From: Chiloscyllium plagiosum
Taxonomy: Eukaryota
DNA length: 29,218 bases
Assembly: GCF_004010195.1 (NCBI RefSeq)
Contig: NC_057752.1
Coordinates: 8,549,180-8,578,397, forward strand
Reading direction: 5' to 3'
Positions 11,595-21,251 of the stretch are shown here, one piece after another; the stretch's first letter is position 1; the number at the start of each line of letters is the position of its first letter. The notes under the pieces are model-generated. The model had not been told where the DNA came from and searched no databases. It worked only from the letters and a program-made list of their open reading frames with translations. The translations under genes were made by a program, and so were the position numbers.

Positions 11595-12109
11595 TTCCTG
11601 TAACTCTTATCTATCACAGACTCTGCATCCCGAATGATCAGAAGTTTATCCAGCTCCCACTCCAGTTCCCTAACGCAGTCTTGGAGGAGCAAGAGTTGGG
11701 TGCACTTCCTGCAGATGTACATGGGTGGGACACTAATGGCATCCCTCACCTCAAACATCATGCAGGAGGAACATTCCTCTCCCTGCACTGCCATCCCTGC
11801 GAGTCCCCTTATCATAAATTTAAAAAAAGAAGAGAAGCTTACCTGATGTGTCCCTGGTGTTTAACGTTAGAGGAGGGGGTTGGGTGGGAGGACCTCAGGT
11901 TTAGAAAACACTCACTTATATAGCTGAGGGGGAAAAAAAGTCCCTCCTTTCCCAGAAACCTCTGCTCTCTGAGGTGCTGCCACTGCTGATGTTCGAGGTA
12001 AGCTTTTAAAGTTTTAAGTCAGTGACTCACTTTTCCTGACAGGCCCCTGGTTCAAACTCCCGCTCTTCCTGCTGCTGGCAACTGAAAATCAGAACTGAAA
12101 TTCTGATGA

Positions 12110-12327
12110 AGTTAAAACTCACACAACATCAGGTTATAGGAAATACTAGCTTTTAGAGTGCTGCTCCTTCATTAGGTAGCTAATGAACCTTCATCACAGT
12201 TACCTGATGAAGGAGCAGTGCTTCGAAAGCTAGTGCTTCCAAATAAACCAGTTGGATGGTCACCTAGTATTGTGTGATTTTTAACTTTGTCCACCCAGTG
12301 CAACACTGGCATCTCCACATCATGGCC
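12110..12327. mobile_element. Second family of inverted-repeat non-autonomous element with hammerhead motif
   Basis: The arm at 12110-12177 is the reverse complement of parts of 12202-12285. The 11-bp direct repeat aattctgatga lies at 12099-12109 and 12328-12338. Confidence 0.8.
12201..12235 (+). ncRNA. Minimal hammerhead ribozyme motif
   Basis: The sequence reads tac-CTGATGA-a-ggagc-agt-gcttc-GAAAGCTA-gtg. The core is intact, stem II is 5 bp, and stem III is the palindrome AGCT. Confidence 0.7.
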
Positions 12328-12655
12328 AATTCTGATGATGTTCTAGCTGGCCAACAGTTTCTAGTTTACTCTCTTCTTTCTTGAATAACTAAGTTATGTT
12401 TGCTACCTACCAATCTGCAAGACTTTATCAAAATTCTGGGGAATTCAATGCTTTCCCCAAAAGCTCAGCCAATATTACAAAGTTGCAAAGGACCCCATAC
12501 TCGACTGCTCTGTGCCACACAACTGGACCTCCTTAGGAAAAAAAACAATCATAGCTTTAGCGTTAGAACTTTATGCGGCTGGAACATAATGCATCAAAGG
12601 ATATTTCTGAACTGCAGGCAACGTATAACATGATAAACCAAAATGATTATTTTAC

Positions 12656-12744
12656 CTTGCCTGACTCAAAATTTACATTGTCTTGGTTGACTCCATTTTT
12701 AGCTTCAAGATGAGTCGGAAGAGATTGTGGGGACAGCATTTGAC
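12656..12744 (-). CDS. SLC4A8: SLC4A8 coding exon (89 nt): (G)QMLSPQSLPTHLEAKNGVNQDNVNFESGK
   Basis: This frame is not in the ORF track. The acceptor is ttgttttcctcctcag|GT and the donor is AAG|gtaaaa. Phase 1 to phase 0 joins the 17268 and 1385 exons in frame. It resembles the recalled mammalian SLC4A8 segment GQTVSPQSVPTTNLEVKNGVN...DLSK. Confidence 0.92.
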
Positions 12745-13129
12745 CTGAGGAGGAAAACAAAAATGAGCAACTTGAAGAGAAAAGAATATTTGGATGTCAA
12801 GAGAAATGGAATTGGAATGAATTTTTAGCTTGCAAAATCCTAACTCAAAATTATGGCAGAATACTCTGCTTTCTTTTGACAGAGTGCTTCTTGCCACGAA
12901 TTCAAGCAGGTTTCCTCACCATATTTTACCAAACTCTTTGTGTTAATTGTCGTTTCGAGTCCTCACAGGAAAAGTCACGTCTGACTTATGCCTCATCTTA
13001 CCACGCACCTTTCCCAGAGCAACTCACTACTCATCAGTGATCCTGGAATTGATTAGCATCCCTGGTATCGGCACCATCTTTAAAAGGTCTTTGTGTACCA
13101 GACAAGCACTATCAGTCCAGAATTGTCTG

Positions 13130-13760
13130 CACAGTTCCTGATATTTGCCTTGAATATAGCAGACAAGGGAAAAAGTAGCATCTTGCATTGCAGGCAAGGT
13201 CCTGGAGCTCCTGCTGGACATGGTGGTGTAATGACAAGATGCCCATTTTCCCAGGACCACCAGTGAGACCGTGACACCAGACGATGCCAGCCTGGTTTGA
13301 GACTGTCATCCAGCTTAAAACAAGTCTCAGCATCTGAAGGATTGCCCATTACTGTATGAAAGAAGTCAATGTGCTTCTTCACTCTGCCAGTGTATGTGCT
13401 ACTATCTTCTCTCCAAAACCTCCCATCAAGCTCAATCACTCTCAATATTGTCTACAACATTTTCCGCACTTAGCCCCACCTACACCAAACTGTGACACCA
13501 CCAACCCTGCGTGCCTTCTGCACTGTCTACTCATTTGCTCAAGAAACCTCCCACTTGCATCAACAGTAACAGCTGTGCTACCCCCTTTTATCCTCTAATA
13601 CCTACCCCTCTCTCTCATTCCAGGAGCAAAAGGGCAGAAAGAGAAAAGATGGGTGGTGTGCTGCCCATCATTTGGCTCCTCACCCCTTATGAGGAGAGGA
13701 TCCAACTCTTGACTGTTCTGAGCAAGGCCGGACTGGTATAGGAGGTGGTGCTTGATTTAC
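13130..13760 (+). pseudogene. Myb/SANT (trihelix) gene relic of a Harbinger/PIF-like DNA transposon
   Basis: The degenerate translation reads KVLELLLDMVV...AWFE...CMKEVNVLLHSA. After a pyrimidine-rich intron-like segment ending ttccag (13623) it continues RAEREKMGGVLPIIWLLTPYEER, resembling the recalled ...KTGGG...LTP.EE motif. Confidence 0.5.
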
Positions 13761-15151
13761 TGTGCTGGGATTCCCTGAGCAATTGCTACCCCACTTGAGT
13801 GGACCGAGGCCCACTGACAATTGTGGCAAGTTTCCTGGCACTGTGTGTACACTAAACAGCATGGCGAGGCCGCAGTAATATGAGCCAGGTATCTCTGGCT
13901 GAGGGCGCAATGCACAAAACAGCAAGGCAACGCAAGACAAGGATGCTGCAGCCTTACGTAGGTTCAGAGGAAGGGCTATGACAGCGAGTGAAGAGACCTG
14001 AGAGGCAGCCTGATCTAGTCCATGTGCCGGGTACATGTCTTTGAGCACAAAATTTCCAACATTTCAATGATAGAAGGCAGTGCAGCCAAAGATGAGGTAC
14101 TAAAATGCAGAAGCATTCTCTTACTGGATCAGAGATGTGCCATAAAAGTTCGTAGATGCTGCCACATGCCCAATGCCAATGTCTGAGAATGTGGGATGTG
14201 TGTAGCCTGCTCCCATGGAGCATACCTGATGTCCAGCATGGAGATCTTCTGGAGCTAGTGGCCAGTTGAACCCACAAAGAATTCACTCTAGTTTCCATGT
14301 CAAGCTTTCCCAAAGGTTAGTTTGTTTGGCAAGTTTGGTAAGATCACAACCCATGGTGAGTTAGACTAGTAACAAGGCATTTACCAATCAATAATGGTGT
14401 CAATTTGGAATTTGCTTCCTAGGTAAAATCTCACCACATCGCTCAAGTAATATGGGGACAATAGGGTGAGAGGATCTCGACACTGAGAAGGATTCCAGCA
14501 CTCAGCTCACTGTAGCCCACATGTCTCAGAACCTTGTAAAAGTTTGCCTTTAGTCTCTTTTTCAAAGGTTAGTTTATTACGTGAATTATTATTAGTTATG
14601 GGGTTGTTTACACAGAGTGTGCCGGAGCTTCTCTAAAATCTCTCCAAGCAGGTTTGCCAAACCAGACTATATTTACTTGTCACCATAAATAATGGTTCCT
14701 CAGACTCATTTGCCAATTGTTCATACAGCATATTGGGATTCAAGTAGCAACTGAGGAATCATGGAGCAAATTAACCTACTGTGCATTATTATAACATGCT
14801 GTGCCACTGGCTTGCCGTCAGTATCTTCTGGAACATTTCTTTTACATTTCCAGAACTGGACAGTAATAGGCAAAGGCAGCATCAGTACTGGAAGGGGCCA
14901 ACTAAGCAACATTACCTAATGTTAGAGAAACACAGATCAAAATCAATCTTTAAACACTTTAACGCCATAACAAAGTACAACTGTTAATTTATATCTGATA
15001 CTTCACTTGCTCCAGGGGGATTTGGAATGGAACTAATGTACTCAGGTTTCAGTTTTCAATTAAATATCAGGACACCTGAGCACCTGCTCTCAACATCCAG
15101 TATTTAAAATGAGCACTGACAGAAACGATTTTATCAAGTTACTCAGTTCAT

Positions 15152-15705
15152 CAAAGTTTGGGAGAAGATTTCAAAAGGGCCACAACACACTGCAGCACAC
15201 CAGAACTCAAAAAGAAGAAGACCAACACCTATACAAGGTATTCGCCAAAAACAGATACCCACGCAATTTCATCAACAGATGCCTAAGAGAAAGACAACGG
15301 AACGAGGACATGCCGCAACCCAAAGGACTAGCCACACTACCATACATCAGGAGCATTTCAGAACTGACAGCCAGACTACTGCGACCACTAGGACTTATAA
15401 CAGCACACAAACCAACAGCCACCCTCAGACAACAACTCACCAGAACGAAGGACCCGATACCCAGCATGAGCAAAACTAATGTAGTGTACAAAATCCCATG
15501 CAAGGACTGCACAAAACACTACATAGGACAAACAGGAAGACAGCTAACGATCCACATCCATGAACACCAACTAGCCACGAAACGACACGACCAACTATCC
15601 CCACAGAAGCGCTTCACAGGAGGCTCCCAAGCACTGAGGATGTCACCTAGACAGGGGACAAAACGTTTGCAACAAAAATTTCCAGCTCGGCGAACAGAAC
15701 CACAA
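15152..15705 (+). mobile_element. Penelope-like fragment with internal deletion, inverted 5' piece and 13-bp TSD
   Basis: It encodes NRYPRNFINRCL, TLPYIRSISELTARLL and [20 protein letters not shown]. The TSD ttactcagttcat lies at 15139-15151 and 15706-15718. Confidence 0.92.
15631..15670 (+). ncRNA. Hammerhead motif with mutated core (GAAA>AAAA)
   Basis: The sequence reads gca-CTGAGGA-t-gtcacc-tagaca-ggggac-aAAACGTT-tgc and is a paralogue of 28789-28828. Confidence 0.5.
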
Positions 15706-17267
15706 TTACTCAGTTCATTTTGATAGCAATTTCATTTGCTTTAATTTAGAATAACACTGGCTTTGAATTGGAATTCAATACATACAGTAAACAAGCCTGG
15801 ACTTTGCAGTCGGTGGCAAAGCAGAGGCATATGCCATGAACCACATGAGAAACTACTGCCCTGCGTTTGTTGTAGGCTGCAGCAGGAACCTGCTCTCCTA
15901 TTTGCAGAGTGGATCCATTGGAGAGGTGGCTGGGAAGATTAAGTGGCGTCTTCATTCCTATGAAGCAATATTCCTCTGAAATCAAGACCTGAAATGACAC
16001 TCCTTGAGGTCTTTTCTAGTTCAATAACAGGTTTCAATAATAGTTCATTTACAGTCTTTTGGTAAACACACTCACAACATACCCCAGCTCTTCTCCAACA
16101 TCAGGAGGACTGAGGAGCCTAGGTAGAGAAGAGCTACAAGAGTTCACACTCTTAGCAACCTTCAACAAATCAATGTAAATGCTGGGGGATAAAGACAGGG
16201 CAACCAAGTTTTCACACTGACAGCTCCTGGCAGCCCATCAGCCTGGGTTCCCTGGAGTTCATTCAGGCACATTGCAACTTTTTGGGTGGTGGGGGGTGGG
16301 GGGGGGGGTTCAAGCATAAGTGGACTCCCTGGATCCTGTTTGCTGTTGTAGCCCTCAGTAGCAACAAACCTCTCAGTGTTCACAACTATTGGAACTGTTA
16401 AATCCAATCCTTTATTTTTATGTCTAGGTTGAGCCAGAGCTTCACACTCCAGGTAAAATATGAAAATGACAAAAACTAGTAATACAGCTTTGAATTAAAA
16501 GTGGGAATGTCATTTACACTTGTCACCCATACATTTGTGCTTCTTACCCACTTGAAAGAGTTTCAATTTTGAAAAGTATTCACTTGTCATATTGGAGAGC
16601 CTGTCTCAAGTTATCCTACTGTCAACCAGAACAGGAGGGATATCCAGCACATAGGACCCTTTTCTTGAATCACTCACTTCATATCCACACATAAGCTTAA
16701 TTGTCAGCAAGACTAATCTCACTGCGGATGTAAATCAGAGACCCAGCCAGGCTAAGTGCTTGCTATAGCACGCCAGTAATGTGTTTTCCAGTAAACATTG
16801 TACTTCGAAATATTTTGAAAATTATCTCTGCACTTATTGTTCTTTGTCTCCATTTGTTGCTATGGTTATCACTTAGGTTTGAATGGACCTAAAAGTTAAG
16901 TTTTTTTTTCCCCCAAACAGCCTGAACTTGGCATGCCTATGGTCCATTCAGAACATTAGGGAAAAAAAACACTTTGATTTTAGGCCATTTGGGCCAAGCG
17001 AAGACCTTTTCCAAACGATCCAAACGCAGCATGCGTACAGACCTGATTGAGTCTGTTTTCGAAAAGACCTTCAGTTTTTACGTCTTTTCAGTTTTTGGAC
17101 ATGTAGATAAAAGATATCTGACCAGTATACCCTAACTCAATATTTCTTCTTTGCACTCAGCCATACCGCTTCATATATGATCATCCAGTTGTCCCCAAAC
17201 CGAGTAACAGCGAAATACTGAAGGAGAGTTTTTGTTTTTGACTTCGAGTCAGAGTCTGCGTTCTTAC

Positions 17268-17456
17268 CTGCCTTGTCCATGGAATAAGGTTCAGATTGCT
17301 TTTTCCCAACCTCAGCAAAGGACCTAACAATTGGAATGAGATTATTCCTTTTTCTCTCAATCTGATGGTGATGTCTTTTCAGAAGAGCTTCACGCACTTT
17401 CACACGAATGTTTTCATCCAGTTCCATGGAAGACTCCTGATGATCAAGGATCATAT
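17268..17456 (-). CDS. SLC4A8: SLC4A8 coding exon (189 nt): (D)MILDHQESSMELDENIRVKVREALLKRHHHQIERKRNNLIPIVRSFAEVGKKQSEPYSMDKA(G)
   Basis: The acceptor is tgtgttttag|AT and the donor is CAG|gtaaga, phase 1-1. RVKVREALLK.HHHQ and KRNNLIPIVRSFAEVGKKQS match recalled SLC4A8 sequence. Confidence 0.95.
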
Positions 17457-18489
17457 CTAAAACACAGCAATGAAAGAAAATCACAAGAACCATTATCACA
17501 GGAGCAAAGCCTTTGCAGCAGTCATGGCTGGTCAAATTATCCTTTAATCTCATTTGTTCTTTGAAACCTTCCATCAGTGATTTTGCACTTGAGTCAATAG
17601 AAGAAAAACATCTCTAACTCATTGTTGGTAAAAATATGAACTAGTATTGTATTTGTAATGCAAAATTACCATTCTAAATACAATAAATAAAACTGCAAAT
17701 GCCAGATTGGGCATTTGATTGCAGAATGTTCAGCACCGTTAGTGACTCCTCAGATACCGAAGCAGTCCCTGTCCAAATAGAGTCAAAACATGTAAAGCAC
17801 AGAAACAGACCATTTCATCCAACCTGTTCATGTTGACCAGATATCCCAAATTAATCTAGTCCCACTTGCCAGCATTTGACCCATATCTCTCTAAATCCTT
17901 CCTATTCATGGGCCCATCCAATTGTTTTTTAAATGTTATAATTGTACCAGCTTCCGCCACTTCTTCCGAGTTAAAAAGTTGCCCCCTAAGATTCCTTTTA
18001 TATCCCTTGCACCTGAAACCTCTAGTTTTGGACTACCCCACTCCAGGGAAAAGACTTTGTCCATTTATCCTATCCATGCCCCTCATGATTTTATAAACCT
18101 CTATAAGGTCACCCCTCAGCCTCCGCGCTCCAGGGAAAACAGCCCCAGCCTGTTCAGTCTCTCCCTATAGCTCTAATCCTCCAACCCTGGCAACATTCTT
18201 GTAAATCTTTTCTGAACCATTTCAAGTTTCACAACATTCTTTCGATAGGAGGGAGACCAGAATTGAACTCAGTATGTCAAAAGTGGCCTAACCAATGTCC
18301 TGTATAGCCGCAACATAACCTCCCAACTTCTAGACTGACCAATAGTGACAAGTATACCAAACGCCTTCTTCACTATCCTGTCTACCTGCGACTCCAATTT
18401 CAAAGAACTATGAACCTGTACTCCAAGGTCTCTTTGTTCAGCAACACTCCGCATGACCTTACCATTAAGTGTATAAGTCCTGGGGGATC

Positions 18490-18501
18490 CAAGATGGCGG
18501 C
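18490..18501 (+). promoter_or_regulatory. YY1-type motif CAAGATGGCGGC at the L1 5' end
   Basis: The sequence matches the YY1 consensus and lies 8 nt into the element, like the CAAGATGGC motif near the start of human L1. Confidence 0.7.
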
Positions 18502-18652
18502 GACCCAGCAAGTCTGAGTCTATAGTGCTCCTCCCAAGACTTGGGCAAAGTGGGCCACCCACCCCCACCACACTCACCAAATCATTTAAAATAGCTGTTT
18601 AATTTAATTAGTTGCTTAGTATTAAATTTAAACAATCTAATCTTTAGTAAAA

Positions 18653-19511
18653 ATGACTAAAGGGAAGGGAGCCCGCAGCTCTCAGCAAGCAGGAACCCTT
18701 CCCCCACCCTCTCCAGCTGCAACAGAGGCGTCCGCAGCCGGCCCGGGGGGACTTACCTAAAGTGGCAAGCCTTGTGGAAATCATCTCCAAACTGGATGCG
18801 AAGATCAACGCTTTTATTGAAGAATCCCGAAGCCGATGGGACTCACTCTCGGCCGCGCTGCAAAAGCACATCCGAGACATTAAGGAAATCAAGTGCCGAG
18901 TTGGAGGGGCGGAGCTAAAGGCCGCGACTTCCGAAACTACAGCGCAATCGGCCGTGGATCGGGTCCGGACTCTCGAACAGTGAGTCTAGACCTTAGAGAA
19001 TCACATTGATGACCTCGATAATCGAGGTCGTCGGAAAAATGTTCGTTTGCTGGGCCTTCCCGAACGGGAAGAGGAAGGCCAGCTTACAGCATTCCTCAAG
19101 CAGTGGCTGCCACAGCTTTTAAATCTGGAGGCTGGATCAGGCCAGGTAATTGTGGAATGGGCCTACCGGGTCTCAATACGCGGGCCCGGCTTGAACCAGG
19201 ACCCCCGCCCGGTCCTGTTCCGGCTGCAGAGCTAGAAGGAAAGGCAGATACTCCTAGAAGCCTCTAGAAATCTTGGAAAAGATTCCCAAGCCATGATCTA
19301 TAAAGGATCCAAGATCATGTTATTCCAGGACTTTTCCCCAGCTCTGGTCCGAAAGAAGAAGGCAGTCGATGAGGCAAAGAAGTGTTTAAGGGACTTAAAT
19401 ATTCAGTACTGCTTACGCTACCCAGCGACGCTACACTTTAACCATGAAGGATCCGTGTATAACTTCGGATCACCAGAAAAGGCTAAGGAATTTTTGGACT
19501 CTCTTAGATAA
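18653..19511 (+). pseudogene. L1 ORF1 (coiled coil, RRM, CTD), disrupted
   Basis: The ATG is at 18653, followed by IDDLDNRGRRKNVRLLGLPE, PRPVLFRL, IMLFQDFSPAL and LRYPATL. There is a +1 frameshift before 18762 and stops at 18981 and 19233. Confidence 0.88.
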
Positions 19512-20540
19512 ATTGTAAGAGATAATGGATGTTGGTTTGCCTTCCCCCCACTCTGGTTTATATCCCCCCCTTTTTCTTTTTTCTTACCTTACTGTCTATT
19601 ATCATCTTGGGGGGGTGGGGAGAGGGATTTATTTATTTTTTCTCTATTTAACGATTTTCTCCCCTCCTTGGGTTTTTTTTTAATTATTCTATGTATGTGT
19701 GTATGTATATATATATATATAAAAGCCGGGGAGTTTAGTTAATGTTGGTGGGGGGAGGTGGTTACCTTATTCTATTTCACCTCTGTGTCTAGGAGCGGGG
19801 TTGTTTTCCCTTGTTATTTTGTATTATTATATTTTATTATTATTTGTTGAGGTTGTAATTTTATAGTTATATATGTTTATACATGGTATTAACATTACCA
19901 AATATATCCAGGTGTTGGTGTGGGTGGGGGTAGGGTGCTCACTGTTAACTCTAGCTTTGTATTATATCTGAATTCTCCTCATCCTATTGAGGAGTGCCTG
20001 GGTCAAGGGTGGGGCATTGGTTGGGAGAGGATACAATGGACCTTTGGAAAGGATACGATGGACCTTTGGAAAGGAAGTGATACCCCCTGGGAACAAGCGG
20101 GAAAATCTCCATTTAAATATGTTTTTTTTATTATTTAGAAATAGTTTTTTATTTCACTGTTGTGAGTGTATTAGAGAGCCCTTATTTTTGTGAATTTTAT
20201 ATGCTCTATGCTCAGAATGTTCTGGATAGGGTTTCCCCTCCCGAGGGGTCTCGGATTTGCCCGGACGATTATGGTTGATCAGTTGGTTAAGTGGTGCACC
20301 TGGAATGTCAAGGGGAGTAATTCGCCAGTCAAAAGGAAGAAAATATTACCAAATCTCAAGAAAGAAAGAGTTGATATAACTCTCCTACAGGAGACACACC
20401 TGTTGGATAAAGAACACTTGAAATTACGACAGGGTGGATTTTATCAGGCCTTTTTTTCTTCTTTTAGCTCAAAAAGCAGTGGAGTTGGTTATTCTTATTT
20501 GGAAGAATTTCCCTCTCAAAATCCTAAAGCAGATAAAAGA

Positions 20541-20926
20541 NNNNNNNNNNNNNNNNNNNNNNNNNNNNNNNNNNNNNNNNNNNNNNNNNNNNNNNNNNNN
20601 NNNNNNNNNNNNNNNNNNNNNNNNNNNNNNNNNNNNNNNNNNNNNNNNNNNNNNNNNNNNNNNNNNNNNNNNNNNNNNNNNNNNNNNNNNNNNNNNNNNN
20701 NNNNNNNNNNNNNNNNNNNNNNNNNNNNNNNNNNNNNNNNNNNNNNNNNNNNNNNNNNNNNNNNNNNNNNNNNNNNNNNNNNNNNNNNNNNNNNNNNNNN
20801 NNNNNNNNNNNNNNNNNNNNNNNNNNNNNNNNNNNNNNNNNNNNNNNNNNNNNNNNNNNNNNNNNNNNNNNNNNNNNNNNNNNNNNNNNNNNNNNNNNNN
20901 NNNNNNNNNNNNNNNNNNNNNNNNNN
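20541..20926. other. Assembly gap (386 N)
   Basis: A run of N bases. Confidence 1.
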
Positions 20927-21251
20927 TCTCAGCCGGATCCCTCCAGCCCGGCACCGCCTTCCTGACCTGCAGTCTTCTTCTTGACCTCTCCGCCTCCATC
21001 CTACTCCGACCTATCACCCTCACCTTGACCTCTTTCCACCTATCACATTTCCAACTCCCCTCCTCCAAGTCCCTCCTCCCTACCTTTTATCTTAGCCTGC
21101 TGGACAAACTTTCCTCATTCCTGAAGAAGGGCTTATGCCCGAAACGTCGATTCTCCTGTTCCCTGGATGCTGCCTGACCTGCTGCGCCTTTCCAGCAACA
21201 CATTTCCAGCTCTGATCTCCAGCATCTGCAGACCTCACTTTCTCCTCAAAG
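20927..21251 (+). mobile_element. Penelope-like terminal segment inside L1 ORF2
   Basis: A pyrimidine-rich tract is followed by a hammerhead and 'gatgctgcctgacctgctg...tccagcatctgcag', the same tail layout as the 3679 and 26532 elements. L1 resumes at FDRVEW (21253). Confidence 0.75.
21119..21150 (+). ncRNA. Minimal hammerhead ribozyme motif
   Basis: The sequence reads tc-CTGAAGA-a-gggc-ttat-gccc-GAAACGTC-ga, with an intact core and a perfect 4-bp stem II. Confidence 0.72.

Larger units (their letters stand above)
8229..12090 (-). mobile_element. Near full-length CR1 LINE (5'UTR, zinc-finger/esterase ORF1, EN-RT ORF2, 3' tail), disrupted
   Basis: ORF1 has CSSC...CRKC, VLIIGISIVRG, VVVHRGTNNIG and DGLHLN. 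ORF2 has LKCVYFNARIIRNK, VVVISETW, YMDFSKAFDKV, GVPQGSVLGP and KFADD. The tagaacatagaac tail is at 8229. Confidence 0.93.

Noticed and set aside
12103..12109. CTGATGA at 12103 and 12332 as extra hammerhead cores
   Set aside because: They are part of the TSD and have no stem II-GAAA following.
13680..14048. 122-aa minus-strand ORF as an SLC4A7-type cassette II exon
   Set aside because: It has no resemblance to the Ser/Pro-rich cassette and no convincing splice sites, and it lies in a probable transposon relic.
17137..17574. 145-aa ORF as a stand-alone gene
   Set aside because: Only 17268-17456 is SLC4-like and it is bounded by splice sites; the rest is intronic read-through.
20190..21177. 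Long ORFs spanning the N run
   Set aside because: These are artefacts of translating through the gap.
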